From contig OX597843.1 of NCBI GenBank assembly GCA_951406725.2, forward strand, positions 18,786,001-18,850,000: 64,000 bases of DNA. Direction: 5' to 3'. A program made the translations under genes and the position numbers. Of the stretch, positions 14,679 to 27,259 are shown one piece after another. Positions within the stretch are counted from its first letter, which is position 1. Every line of letters begins with the position of its first letter. The DNA comes from Octopus vulgaris (Eukaryota). The notes beneath the pieces were generated by a model. That model ran no database searches, was not told where the DNA came from, and saw nothing but the letters and a program-made list of their open reading frames with translations.

Positions 14679-16507
14679 TAAAGTTCGTAGGGCAGACCAT
14701 CCAAGCCTGGTGACTTGTCTCTCGCGCAGCCTACCATCGCATCCTGTACGTCCGCAGCTGTGATAGGCCTTTCACAAGACTCCACCTCTCTTGCTGAGAG
14801 TCGTGGCAAGGCATGCAGGTAGGCACTAAAGTCCACTCTGCGTTCTGACCCACCACTTGTCCCAAACAGTTGGGTGAAGTGTTGTTGAAAAGCCCCACAC
14901 ATCCTTTTAGGCTCGAGCAATTCGCGCCCCTGTTCATCTATAAGAGACTTGATGGTGGCTCTGTTGCCTCGTTGCGTCTCCACCACTCGGGCCTCTTGGG
15001 CGGCTCCAACTCCTTCGTTCCTCAGAGCACGCATCCTAGCTCTGACAACGCATCCCTCGTGTTTGGCGTTGAGGTGTTAGTCGAGGGCCAATCTGGCCGC
15101 CAGCACGTTGGACGCGATGCCAGTTCTAAGTGCCTCTTCTAAAACCTTAACTAATTCTCCCTCTATTCTATTTCGGTCTAATGCTAGGGCTTTACTGTAT
15201 CTGACTGATTCTGCTTTAATTGCTTTTTTAGGGCATACCACCATCTGTTGTTGATGATGGTACCCGTCAAAGCTCTCTTAACTAATGTGTTGATCCGGTC
15301 CCTGTAAACCCGTCGTGCTGTAAAAGACGCGTTCAGTTTCCAGTAACCAGGACCCTGCCTATGTGTCTTATCTAAATCAAGTGTTCAAGTCACAAACTTG
15401 TGATCTGTGTAACTGACTATATGAAACTGTGGACAACCTACACTATTTTTATCTATTGTCCTACAGAATACTCTAAGTATGATCTGGACGACCCGATGCG
15501 GTTACTCCATGTCCACATTGGCACATTCGGGTGGTCCAGTCGGTACCTGTCAGACAGTTGGAAACGTCTGAGCAGGTCTTTGAGGCATTTGCGTCCCCTT
15601 CTATTGCTATCTCTGCCCACGTAGTCTAGATGCGTGTCCAGGGTGGCATTCCAATCCCCCACTAAATGTAAAGGACGAGTCGTTCCCATGAAATACTCTA
15701 GACGTCGAAAGAGATCTGGTCGGCATGTTAAGGACGGAGTATAAACTGCTATCAGTCGAAAATCACACTCATTGCTGCCATCGACATCCAAAACGACCAG
15801 CCTACCCTCCGGGTCTAGGAAAATTACTCTTACTTTGAGATCTAGACTCTTCCGGAGAAGCACCGCGGTGCCACCTCCGCCCATTCTCGGTAGACACGGA
15901 GAAAAATAAATGTTGAAATGTGTACCGAAACTGTGCTGGAGTGCCCGCGAGCTGTGGAGTCTGGTCTCACTGATGGCTATGATATTCAGATTTAGTGACT
16001 TGATGTCATTTAACAGGTAGCCTTGTTTCCAAGGCGACCCCAAGCCACGTACATTTATACTGCCTATTCTGAGCATGTTCCGACAAAAAATTGTGTTTTA
16101 CACACGAAAAGAAAGTGCAAAAAAGGAAAGAGAGAGAGAAAAGGTTACTTGTTGTTCGAAAGTTCTTTGTTTTTCACCTCACAGTCTTCTTCCATGAGGT
16201 TTTTGTATAGTTTCTTTGATGAATACTTTTGAAATCTCCCTACTGCATCAGGGTAAAGAGATTTCAGGGTGCTGTATGTGTTCTGTGTTACGTGTATTAT
16301 TTTAATGTGTCGTGGTGGTGTTGTGCGTGGGTGGTTATTTGTTTTTATGTCGTTTTCAGTTATGTTGGTGTTTGACCTAATGTGTTCCATTAGGTCGTGG
16401 TTGTTTGTGTTTATGGCTGTCAACAATGTTGGGGGGTTTGATGATGGTGTGTTTGTTTTCTGTGGATGTTTTTGTTTCGGGGGAGGTGAATCTTCCTGCT
16501 TTGTTTG

Positions 16508-17482
16508 TTATCTTTTCTTTTCTTTTTTTCCCCTTTTTCTTCTCCCCTCTGTGGCTATTTGCCAATCTTCTGTGTCTTCTTCGTCTAATGACAAATCAGA
16601 GGAATCAGAGCTTGAGAGAGGGAAAATATTGGGGTCTATTGTAGACTGTGTTGATTTTGTTGTTGGAGTTGGTTGGTGAGCGTTAGGTTGTGATGTATGC
16701 GGTTTTGGAGGTGGGATGTGGGTATTTTGTGTTTGAGTGATTGTGTTGTTTGGGGTGTCAATTTTGTGGGGATTTGGAGTAGTAATTGTTTCTTCATTTT
16801 CGATGAGTGTCTTTTTGGCAGAAGTCCTTGGTTTGGGAGTTGGTTTATTCTTGGTTGTTGTTGTTGTTGGTGTTGCTTCTGTTCTTGGTGCAGTTGGTGT
16901 GGTTGTTTGGTTGGTGAGGTTTGTTTTTTGTTGATTTTCTGTGATTAGTCCTGTTCGTGCAAAACGTGGTGTGGGTAGTAAAGCTGGTTTATTTGTTTTT
17001 TCCGGCTGCTGTTGTTTTCTTGCGGCAGATTTGCAATCTTTTTTTAGGTGTTGCTCACTGCCGCATATGTTGCAACGTGGTCTTCTGCCATCGACGACCA
17101 CATACAACTTGTGGTCTTCTGATACACATATCTGGGTGGGTATTTTCTTTATGTCCTCTTGGTTTATATGTAGTAGAAATTCTACTTTTTTTCCCACCCA
17201 GTTTTTGTGCTCCGTGACCGTAGTTTCTAAAATTGTGAAATCTTCCATTTTCACACATAAGGCCTTTACTAGCCATAGATTGTTAGCTATTTTTGGGACA
17301 TTGTTTAAAGTGATCTTAGTCACTTTCTGTCCACGATAGCTTGGTGTTAGTTGAAGTTCATCTGAATGAAGAGTTAGCGTTGAGAAACGTCTTGCTAACT
17401 CCTCAGTATGGAAGACCACTTGTATGTGTGCGAACTTGTTCCACCAGGTCACATACTCTTTGTAGTTCCAGATGGGTTTCAA
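16508..17482 (-). CDS. Tx1 ORF1 (gag-like, CCHC zinc knuckle) fragment
   Basis: 324-aa ORF with a CX2CX4HX4C knuckle, upstream of the APE domain. Confidence 0.75.
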   Translation of the reverse strand: MKPIWNYKEYVTWWNKFAHIQVVFHTEELARRFSTLTLHSDELQLTPSYRGQKVTKITLNNVPKIANNLWLVKALCVKMEDFTILETTVTEHKNWVGKKVEFLLHINQEDIKKIPTQICVSEDHKLYVVVDGRRPRCNICGSEQHLKKDCKSAARKQQQPEKTNKPALLPTPRFARTGLITENQQKTNLTNQTTTPTAPRTEATPTTTTTKNKPTPKPRTSAKKTLIENEETITTPNPHKIDTPNNTITQTQNTHIPPPKPHTSQPNAHQPTPTTKSTQSTIDPNIFPLSSSDSSDLSLDEEDTEDWQIATEGRRKRGKKEKKR

Positions 17483-18524
17483 GCATTTTTCGATTTTGCT
17501 TGTGTTAGCCTTCTCTGGACTTTTTGTTTTCTTATTAATTATTTTATATATAATAGTTCTTTTTTTTTCATCTTCGAATATTTCTTGTGGTATGTTTATT
17601 TTTACTATACCATCTACTTCCGTTATTAAAATGTTCGTATCTTTTATTTGTTGTGCAGTAAAATATACTGTTGTCTTTTTCTTTTATCGCCTCGGCGAAA
17701 TTTGTTGTTGTTTTGTTATTGTTGTTGCTGGTGGTGATGTTGTTGTTGGCTGCAGTTGGTAAAATTGCTGTATTTGGTTTGATTGTGCAAGTAGGAAGGG
17801 GTGGAAAATTACTTGCATAGTTGATCCCTGTATTCAAGCAGCTTTTGTCAATTTGTTTGGTGGTCACAGTCTTTTGTTTATTCCCTTCAGTTCTTGTTGG
17901 AGGAAACAAGGTCTGAACGGAATTGTTGTTGTTGTTATTGTTGTTTTTGTTGTTGGCGGTGGTGTCAGTGGCAGAAGAGAGACAGCCGTGGCAGCAGATG
18001 TCGAAATGGTGGCGCAAATGTTGTTATTCTTGTTGTCATTGTTATTGTTGTTGTTGTTGGTAGTTGAGGTAGTGGATGAGGTGGCGGTGGTGGTGGTGGT
18101 GGCGGTGGTGGTGGTAGCAGTAGTAGTCTTGTTGTTGTTGTTGTTAGTGGTGGTGGTGACAGTGCTGTTATCGCAAGTGGTTGCAGCGTTCACTGCCACG
18201 TCATTTAGGTTTGCACTTTGCGTGCATGAGTTCTTTTTTTCTTCTCCTAGCGTTTCCAGACTAGTAGAATGTTGGTCGATAAAATAACGCGACCAGCGTT
18301 CTACAATACAATTTCTCGACATTTTGAAAATGTCGAGAAGAAAATTACACAAATTAAATAGGGTTGAAACTGCCCCTAGGGGCGAATTCCTCCCTTGGAA
18401 AAGCACTCAAACGAAAGTTGGGTGCCTTACACACCTTATTTACAAAAATGTGCACAAAATATGGGCTATAAATAGTCAGAATAAACGATTACCATCGGAG
18501 CCGAAGTGACAGCACGTCCGTGGA

Positions 18525-18576
18525 TGGATAGCTAGATAGATAGATAGATAGGTAGGTAGATAGATAGATAGGTAGG

Positions 18577-18671
<95 letters not shown>

Positions 18672-18715
18672 ATAGTTAGACAGATGAGCGATTGATTAAT
18701 CGATAGATTGATCAT
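18525..18715. repeat. (GATA)n microsatellite at the Tx1 5' end
   Basis: Direct reading. Confidence 0.95.
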
Positions 18716-19545
18716 TTTTCTATTGTTGCATCATTTAAAATTTCAGGAACACAAATCATACAGCCTCAATTCCCGCTCGCTGTCTTCGATGAGATCCGTC
18801 AATTCTTATTTATGGCGTAGAATTTAAACCAGAGCTGAAAACAATCCCTTACGTTTGTCATCCATTGGGCTGCGCCTATGCTGGAGCACTGCCTTAAAGT
18901 GTTTTAGTCGAACAAATCGACCCCAGTACTTGTTGTTAAGCCTGATGCGTATTCTCGCTGTCCCTTACGCTGATTTGCCTACAGTTACGCAACTTTATAC
19001 TTTTGATTTCTTTATTATTAATTACCAGAAAAAAGAAAAACATGAATGCAATTATCGTCAGCGGCAGGCAATTCTGCATCAGACGTAAATGCTTTGAAAA
19101 TGATGTGGTAAAAATTTGAAAAGTTTCAAGTGGTTGTAAGGAATTTAACAAGATTCCGATCGGCCAAACTACTGGGGCGTGTACAAACCAGATCCTGTTC
19201 CCAAGCAGTCATGGTGGTTAAACTGAAACACATACACATATACATAGATATATACATATATGTATATATGTATATAATTAAGGATAAATGCATCGTCTGT
19301 GAGTATGAAATCTCTCCTCATATCTCCAGAAATCGAACTTACTTCAATATGGATGGATTTACATTTTCATTTTCTGTGAAACTAAGAGGTTTTTTAAAAT
19401 ACTTATTTTAAAACCTGTTATATGACTGTGCAACATTAAAGAACTTTGGAAGTCCGTTTGTTATCTAAATCTGATCTTTATAGAACTATCCCTGATGTTT
19501 CAGGAGTGTAACCTCACCCCCTTAGATGTTTGGAGAACTCACATG

Positions 19546-19639
19546 TTTTTCGGCTGATGAGTACGGGTCACTTGTATTTGCTGCAATATATGCAGCCTTA
19601 ATAAAGCTGGTCTTCGTACGAAACAATTGTACCGAAAGA
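19546..19639 (+). ncRNA. minimal type I hammerhead ribozyme with intact core
   Basis: Stem I TTTTTCGG/CCGAAAGA; CTGATGA 19554-19560; stem II GTACG/CGTAC with a long loop containing GCTGCA/TGCAGC; GAAA 19620-19623; stem III AC-AATT-GT; GUA cleavage site after 19631. Confidence 0.85.
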
Positions 19640-19963
19640 TTGATCCATTTTTGTTGCTTTTTACTTGTTTATAATCACCCCGCATTATCTTATGGTTAAT
19701 ACCATATAGACTTCTGGTGCATCTAAGTTAAGTACCGCATTCATGTGAATTCAACAGAACTCACTTGAATCTTAATTGCTTTTACATATATGTACATATA
19801 TATATATATATATATGTGTGTGTGTATATATAACAAAGTGAGTTTGGGGCTACCAATAAATATATATAATTGAAATATAGGATAAAATTTTTACGAGAAT
19901 TTATCAAATACTTAGCGTGAAAAACCTCATAAGGGAAAATTTATTAATTATTCCCTATAAATA

Positions 19964-20327
19964 TATTTATTTATATTAAGGGCATTACTACACATAAATG
20001 CCTCACGCTAGGAGGGTCTCTTGAAGTCAAAACTACTATAATGCCCACATTGTACCGAACGCGAGGGAATGCAACTCTCAAAGCGAGCCTCCAGAAACAG
20101 ACTCAGCTGTACATCATATGCTTTCTTAATTAGTGCACAAAATGCACTTTTCACTTATCAGCGTAAGCATAGTCAAGACATATAAAAATAAACAAAAATC
20201 AACGTACCAGACGAACACATGTATCCTTGCGTTTGTTACAATGTGGTTATTATAGTAGTGTTGACTTCAGGAGTCCCTCATAGCGTGAGGCATTTCTATA
20301 TAGTAATGCCCTTAATATAAATAAATA
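19964..20327. repeat. imperfect inverted repeat, ~105-bp arms (19964-20068 / 20223-20327)
   Basis: tatttatttatattaagggcattacta..aaatgcctcacgcta versus tagcgtgaggcattt..tagtaatgcccttaatataaataaata. Confidence 0.85.
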
Positions 20328-20335
20328 CATGTATA

Positions 20336-20380
<45 letters not shown>

Positions 20381-20413
20381 TGATCAAAATAAAAACATGA
20401 TGCGAAGAATTCA

Positions 20414-20491
20414 GCGGTACATATGTTTCGGGCCTTTATTAGACAGATTTATAACAATGCATAATATATGTCTGTGGCCTTCTTCAGCCGC
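20414..20491 (-). ncRNA. minimal type I hammerhead ribozyme (left palindrome arm)
   Basis: Reverse complement of 21745-21822. Confidence 0.75.
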
Positions 20492-21744
20492 GCACAACAG
20501 CTTCCACAAGGACATGTGTTACATCAAAAATTCTTGGTTGGGGATGCAAATCCTCTCATTCGCGTACGACATAATGCGGCAGCAGCTTAGAATTGAAGCG
20601 TCCATCTCTTTCTTCTCTCAATGTAGAATGAGGAAAATTGGATGTTGAAGTAATGTAAATAAATAAATACATATATAGACGTGAAGATGGAGGGGCGAGA
20701 ATTCAGGACGAGGGATAAAAAATGTATAAAAAGTGTAAGTATAGAAAAATATAAAAATGTAGAGCATAAAGATATAAAGAGATATAAGGAGATGTAAAGG
20801 GGGTATAAAGAATATAAAGAAATATAAAGAAATATAAATAAATGTAAAGGCATAAGGTTATAAAGTAAAAATAGAAATAGAAATAAAAGTAAAAAAACAT
20901 GATAAAAATGTAAAAAAATATAAAGATAAGGGATGTATAGAGGTTATGGACCAAACATGGTGGTCAGAAGATTGATAAAATTTAGTTGTAGAAGTGTCAA
21001 TAAATCAACAGTTTCGTCTGGGGACCTAATGTGTTGTAAATCAGAGCTGTTGAGCGTTTAATCTGGTTCTTTGAATTAATTGGTCTTCTAGTACATACAT
21101 ACCATCATGGATGTATATGTGTATCCATGATGGTATGTATGTACTAGAAGACCAATTAATTCAAAGAACCAGATTAAACGCTCAACAGCTCTGATTTACA
21201 ACACATTAGGTCCCCAGACGAAACTGTTGATTTATTGACACTTCTACAACTAAATTTTATCAATCTTCTGACCACCATGTTTGGTCCGTAACCTCTATAC
21301 ATCCCTTATCTTTATATTTTTTTACATTTTTATCATGTTTTTTTTACTTTTATTTCTATTTCTATTTTTACTTTATAACCTTATGCCTTTACATTTATTT
21401 ATATTTATTTATATTTCTTTATATTCTTTATACCCCCTTTACATCTCCTTATATCTCTTTATATCTTTATGCTCTACATTTTTATATTTTTCTATACTTA
21501 CACTTTTTATACATTTTTTATCCCTCGTCCTGAATTCTCGCCCCTCCATCTTCACGTCTATATATGTATTTATTTATTTACATTACTTCAACATCCAATT
21601 TTCCTCATTCTACATTGAGAGAAGAAAGAGATGGACGCTTCAATTCTAAGCTGCTGCCGCATTATGTCGTACGCGAATGAGAGGATTTGCATCCCCAACC
21701 AAGAATTTTTGATGTAACACATGTCCTTGTGGAAGCTGTTGTGC

Positions 21745-21822
21745 GCGGCTGAAGAAGGCCACAGACATACATTATGCATTGTTATAAATCTGTCTAATAA
21801 AGGCCCGAAACATATGTACCGC
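21745..21822 (+). ncRNA. minimal type I hammerhead ribozyme (right palindrome arm)
   Basis: GCGG-CTGAAGA-AGGCC..GGCCC-GAAAC-ATAT-GTA-CCGC, with an A.C mismatch at the first stem II pair; GUA site after 21818. Confidence 0.75.
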
Positions 21823-21925
21823 TGAATTCTTCGCATCATGATCAATTTACTCCACCACCTACACCACCAAACGGTATACACAGGTGCTTATAATTATCAA
21901 GTACTCACCCCGAATTTCTATATAT

Positions 21926-21927
<2 letters not shown>

Positions 21928-22018
<91 letters not shown>
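21928..22018. repeat. (GATA)n microsatellite
   Basis: Direct reading. Confidence 0.95.
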
Positions 22019-22061
22019 CGTGCGTATGTATATGTGTTTATTTATATCTCATTCTCTCTCA

Positions 22062-22270
22062 CTTACTTGTTTCAGTCATTTGACTGCGGCCATGCTGAGC
22101 ACCGCCTTCAGTCGAGCAAATCGACCCCGGGACTTATTCTTTGTAAGCCCAGTACTTATTCTATCGGTCACTTTTTGCCGAACCGCTAAGTGACGGGGAC
22201 ATAAACACACCAGCATCGGTTGTCAAGCAATGCTAGGGGGACAGACACAGACACACAAACATATACACAC

Positions 22271-22327
<57 letters not shown>

Positions 22328-22477
22328 TACGACAGGCTTCTTTCAGTTTCCGTCTACCAAATCCACTCACAAGGCATTGGTCGGCCCGGGACTATAGTAG
22401 AAGACACTTGCCCAAGATGCCACGCAGTGGGACTGAACCTGGAACCATGTGGTTGGTAAACAAGCTACTTACCACAA
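22062..22477 (-). mobile_element. tRNA-derived SINE (family A) with internal (TA)n
   Basis: Head with B-box-like GGTTCAGTCC and a CTTGGGCAAGTGTCTT core; tail GGTGCTCAGCATGGCCGCAGTCAAATGACTGAAAC. Related copies at ~8420-8560, ~18850-18990, ~30680-30870 and 53180-53580. Confidence 0.8.
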
Positions 22478-22761
22478 ATATATATATATATATATATATA
22501 CATATTCATATATATATTTTATTTTCTACTTTAGATACAGGTGATCACTGTATATAGAAACACTTCGAAGTGCTGAAGAGATTAGAACTTTAGACTTTAG
22601 ATATGTAAAGCCACGACAAGCAAGCTAGATATTTATTTACATTTACATATGAAGATACATTGAATCGAAATCAAAAAGGTAAATGTGTGTGGTTATTAAG
22701 TATACATAGTCCAATTTTCAAGAAAAACAGTATCACGAATAATATAGGTAGAGTTTTAAAT

Positions 22762-22850
22762 GTTCTACGGCCGTTTCAGGGATCTTTGTGGTCCTGATAT
22801 ATGACAAATATCAGGGTCCATTGTTGGATAACATCACCTCTCCGGGGGAA
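22762..22850 (-). ncRNA. decayed hammerhead-like motif in a probable PLE remnant
   Basis: Minus strand: CCGGAGA (mutated CUGANGA)-GGTGAT..CCTGATAT/ATATCAGG hairpin..ATCCCT-GAAAC-GGCC-GTA-GAAC. Confidence 0.5.
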
Positions 22851-23353
22851 GAATTTTATATTAAAGATTTTGCATTTAAAATGTTGACATTATAGAGGTT
22901 AGAGACTGATTGATTTTATAGAGAGCTACATCTATTAGGAAGGGATGTTTAGACAGAGAATAGTTGGAGGATGGAGTAAATAGATTTCAAGATCATAAGG
23001 CGACTGATGGTATTAAAGGTGGAGAGTGGTAGAAAGTGGTTTAGTTTATGTCAAGTTAAATTAGACAAAAAAGGATGAACTTAACCGTTTCGATATCAGA
23101 TAAGGGTATGAGAGGGAGGCTATAACTTCTATTCTAGGCTTTCCATCCGACTCATTTGCCCCAGAAAATCCGACTTAGGTCGAATTAGTTAATGCATTAT
23201 TGACCGTATTATACACCGTGTCAGGAATAACGTTGAGCTCCCGCTATGGAATTGCACATGAGACGTTATTTTTGGTCTCCCTCTCTCCACCATAAACGCA
23301 CTAATTTACTTCAGTTTGACATGTCAAATTATTGCAATATTTACAATGGACAA

Positions 23354-23562
23354 GGCGCCGAGTTGGCAGAAACGTTAGCACGCAGGGCAAAATGCTTAGC
23401 GTTCTGTTCTTACGTTCTGAGTTCAAAATTCCGCCGATTTCGACTTTACCTTTCATCCTTTCGGGTTTGAAACATTAAGTACCCGTTGCGTAGTGGGGTC
23501 AATCTAATAAACTGGGCCCTACCCCAACATTTCGGGCTTTGTGACTAGAGTAGAAAAGAATA
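23354..23562 (+). mobile_element. tRNA-derived SINE (family B)
   Basis: Head GGCGCCGAGTTGGCAGAAACGTTAG, B-box GAGTTCAAAATTCC, core CCTTTCATCCTTTCGGG..TAAGTACC. Confidence 0.8.
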
Positions 23563-23603
23563 TTTACAATCGACGGACAGGTGTCCTCATCTTGTTAGTT
23601 GTT

Positions 23604-23649
23604 ACTACAACGTTTCGGCTGAGGTATTCTCCAGCCTTCTTCAGGTGTC
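23604..23649 (-). ncRNA. minimal hammerhead motif (loopless AC/GU stem III) in a solo PLE terminal fragment
   Basis: Minus strand: GACAC-CTGAAGA-A-GGCTG-gagaatacct-CAGCC-GAAAC-GTT-GTAGT, with stem I partly mutated. Its 5' half recurs at 37120-37145 downstream of a GIY-YIG ORF. Confidence 0.65.
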
Positions 23650-23699
23650 CTGTTAACAATAAAGTGTAGACATCTACCCGTCCAATTCAAATATCATAC

Positions 23700-25450
23700 A
23701 TAATTCCTCAACTCTAAATTATAAAACAGTATCAAATGATTACCCGTCAATATCACAAATACTTTTGGATAAAACCTTAATATTTGCCCGAAATTATGCT
23801 ACCATCCGCAGATCGGATATGAATATCACTCTGGCAATGAAGAAAACTCTAATTCAATTTAAGTGTAATTATTGAACACCCAACGAATCTATGGATTACT
23901 TCGATATAATAATGGACTCATCGGACTCAGCCCACGCACAGACCTTGTGGGCTTGTTCCTCATCCCCCAGATTAAACAATGCCTTCCCTAACATAACCGG
24001 CGGACAATAGAGGGATGATGCACATTCTTGCAGTAACTGGATTAACTGAACCTTCATAGAGCGCACAAGGACAGCCCTACGCAAACTCTTCAAAATCTTC
24101 ATCCTAAGTATTTCATTCGAAATTGATACCAATTTTTTGGACGTTACTCTTTACTTAAACACTAATTTATACCGTTCTTTCTATAAACCCAACCAATCTT
24201 TACAATACTTAAATGTCCACTCTAATCATCCAAAATTATCCCCTTATAGCGTAGTTACATGTCTATCATTATAATCAGGCCCTCAAAATGAATAGAATTT
24301 TTCGAAATACCTATTATATCAATAACACGAAGCTTAAAACTGAAATAGCAAATCTCTTCCACTGATTCAAAGGTCATTACTTCAACTCGACACCAATCCA
24401 ACAACTCCACAAAAATCTCACCTTAACTCCTTCGCATCATTGGCCACCTCGAGCTTATAACAACTACAAACCTCCATTTTCGAATCAGCGAACTTCATTC
24501 ACACATTGTAAACAATCAAAGGCTAGGAAACCCGAACTCCTATGGTTTTTATCACCGTTCTCTTGCAAAATTATTTTTCAAAATTATAAAATCTAATTTT
24601 TGTCCACAACATAAAAAATCTTATCCTATCTTTACTAAATCATCACTGAAGATCTCCTATTGTACTGCACCTAACTATAGTTATATATATAACTATATAT
24701 AACTATATAATAGCCTCCTCGAAAAACCATGAACTCCAACAACAGTCCTTTAAGTATCTAAACTGTTGCACTGCATCCCAAGCTAGTTTTGACAATACAA
24801 TAATACAAACCTTAATAAGCCACCTCAATTGTATAATACTAAACTTAAACCAAAATTCTAAAACCCTATCTACGAGACGACAAATATTAGTTCCATTACA
24901 ACCTCCCAATCCGATACTAATATAAATCCTAATTTAGATTCTCCCCACTAACAACAAACCAACCAACATCAACATTACTAATAGTAAACCCCAACCACTT
25001 GCAACTGTCGTGCTTCTTAAATATACGGTATGCAGGCTCCTGTCTCCTCAAAAGCGTAATCTATAAATGCCACGTGATGACACCATGCACCCACCAGGTA
25101 AGGGTGTATATTTGTGGCACTGAGAATTTCGAATGCTGTTGCCGTGCTCATATGTATTCTTTCATTAATCCCAAATCTAAACTATTTCAATCTTTAGCAA
25201 CACACATATACAACCTCAATTCAAAACAATGTCCAATACGCTCTATCATGCTCCATAGTATGTGACGCTCCCCTCCACAACACAAATATAGGTAAATGTA
25301 TATTATGTATAAAAAGGCCATTAACAATTCTTCACCTCCACAACTCCTCGCTGTTAAATTCTCTGACGTTATTTATTCATGTAAGCATAAATACTGCCCG
25401 ACATTCATGCATTTCACTAATTCTAAATAATCCTATAGCAAGCCCCGAGG
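23700..25450 (+). mobile_element. decayed Penelope-like element (RT plus GIY-YIG)
   Basis: DLVGLFL..GQ*RDD (~23940-24020), NFLDVTLYLNTNLYRSFYKPNQSLQYLNVHSNHP (24131-24232), CNCR..GSCLLKSVIYKCHV..VYICGTE (~25000-25125). Confidence 0.85.
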
Positions 25451-27194
25451 CCCATCAAAGCTGTAATGTAAAACAAGAGTCAACCTGACAATCGACAAGT
25501 CATCGCTCTCCAAATAGCTTATATGTGTGTGTGTGTGTGTGTTTGTTTCTATGTAGGCATATATATATATATATATGAGCATATGCAATAAATCTGAAAT
25601 ATCCAACCTTGCATTTACAAATACATAATATATACATCTCATTTACAAATACATAATATATACATAATATATACATACAAGCGCTTACATACATACATAC
25701 ATGCAAACACACACACATATACGCACATATATAAACATATAAACTCCTACATTAATACACAGTATTAAAAACATAAAGTAGTCAACATAGATATAGATAT
25801 CCACAGAAATAGAAATATATATAACATGCATCCCAAATTTATTCCAAGTATTATGATCAATCGCTTTGTCATCCTCCTCTCAGACTCCTAAATCTCACCA
25901 ACACACATCACAAATTTCTTCAAATTTTTGCAATTCAGCCGCCTCTACTGTTATTTGACCCTTCTCGGCCTCAAACAATACTTAACAAAACTCAACTACT
26001 AAGAAAAATACCGACCCAATTTTTTGTACTACTAACATTCTTAACCACTCCCCCGTACCTTAAATGTGTCGTTAAAGAAAGACCCCACTTGTTGTAATTT
26101 GAGATGAAATTTCTGTTTCATAAGTGTACTAGTTTCTAATACTTGTGTTGACATTACTCCTTTAACATTCAAAGGAATTACTTAGTTATTCACATCGATT
26201 TCAATTAATCATACGTTATCTTCTAACTCTGAGATTTTGATTATGTGATTGCTTACTTTTAGAATAACTTTGCATGGTGGTTGTGAAAGGGCTGATCTGT
26301 TCAGTTTCAACAGAAAACAGGAAGAATATCTGGGCCAGACGCGGCCAGTGCCAATGCTAATGGATTAACTGAAAATTACTGAAGTAAAAATAAAAGCATA
26401 AAAAAAACATATTAGGTAATTTGGGGATACAAAATTATGACGTCTTAACGGTGGAGACTCTTTTTACCCCATCCTAAATGCCGTTGAGGAGGCTGGACGA
26501 TGGCCAATAGATGGCCGATATAATATAATGAAAATCGTAACTTACCAAAGAAGAGGCCTCGCCTCTGTTCGTAACAGTTAGTGAATGTTTATATATATAT
26601 ATGTGCGCATATATATATATATGCGTCATTTGTTTATTTACCATACATTTTTTCATTGAAGTAGCGGAACACAACGCACACAATTATGCATATATATATA
26701 TATATACGTGTGTGTGTGTGTAGATATAGATTGGCGTCTTTATTTCTCATTATATGAATGCGATATGAAAAGTTTGCGTTAGCAGTCAAAAATGGGCGTT
26801 GATAGTGGAAGAGTGTAAATGAGAGAGGGGAAAGGAAGTGATAGAAAGAGAGAGAGAGAGAGAGACGGAGAAAGAAGACGAAGAGGGTTTTGTGTGTGTG
26901 TGTGTGTTTGTGTGTATGTATTTGTGTGATGCTATTAGCTACGTAATCCTGTTGCAAGCATTTGGTGAGATTGATACGTGTCAACCCCCTTCACTTACTC
27001 GGTATACCTCCTTCTTCCCCGGCATTAGCATTCCAGCAGATATGGAGAAATGAAAATTATGTCACTGTCTGCTGGTGCGTGTGTGCGTGTGTGCGTGTGT
27101 GTGTGTGTGTGTGCGTGTGTGTGTGTGTGTTTGTATATGTGTAACTGAAATTAACTTGAAATAATCTAAGTACTATTTTACAAATTGTGATAGC

Positions 27195-27259
<65 letters not shown>

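Larger units (their letters stand above)
12409..18520 (-). mobile_element. near full-length (~6.1 kb) Tx1/L1-clade LINE, inactivated
   Basis: ORF1 fragments with zinc knuckle CNICGSEQHLKKDC (16508..17482); APE endonuclease MLRIGSINVRGL..SET..GDWN (15453..16076); KSPGLDGL; RT 13368..14678 with YADD mutated to YAND; CPRC..H..C; several stops and frameshifts. (GATA)n lies on both sides. Confidence 0.93.
20376..21849. repeat. 1.47-kb palindrome (arms 20376-21112 and 21123-21849, 10-bp spacer) made of a PLE-type terminal repeat
   Basis: Arms are reverse complements apart from a few substitutions and small indels, and the ORF track shows mirrored ORFs. Each arm ends in a hammerhead motif. Confidence 0.95.

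Noticed and set aside
20105-20172. Minus-strand CTGATAA..GAAAGCATATG resembling a hammerhead
   Set aside because: Core G8 is mutated, and stem II and the NUH triplet are not convincing.
26547-27045. Two strong minus-strand donor sites (GTAAGT near 26546 and 26998) with a short MLMPGKKEVYR frame
   Set aside because: No matching acceptors or recognisable homology; cannot be supported as exons.
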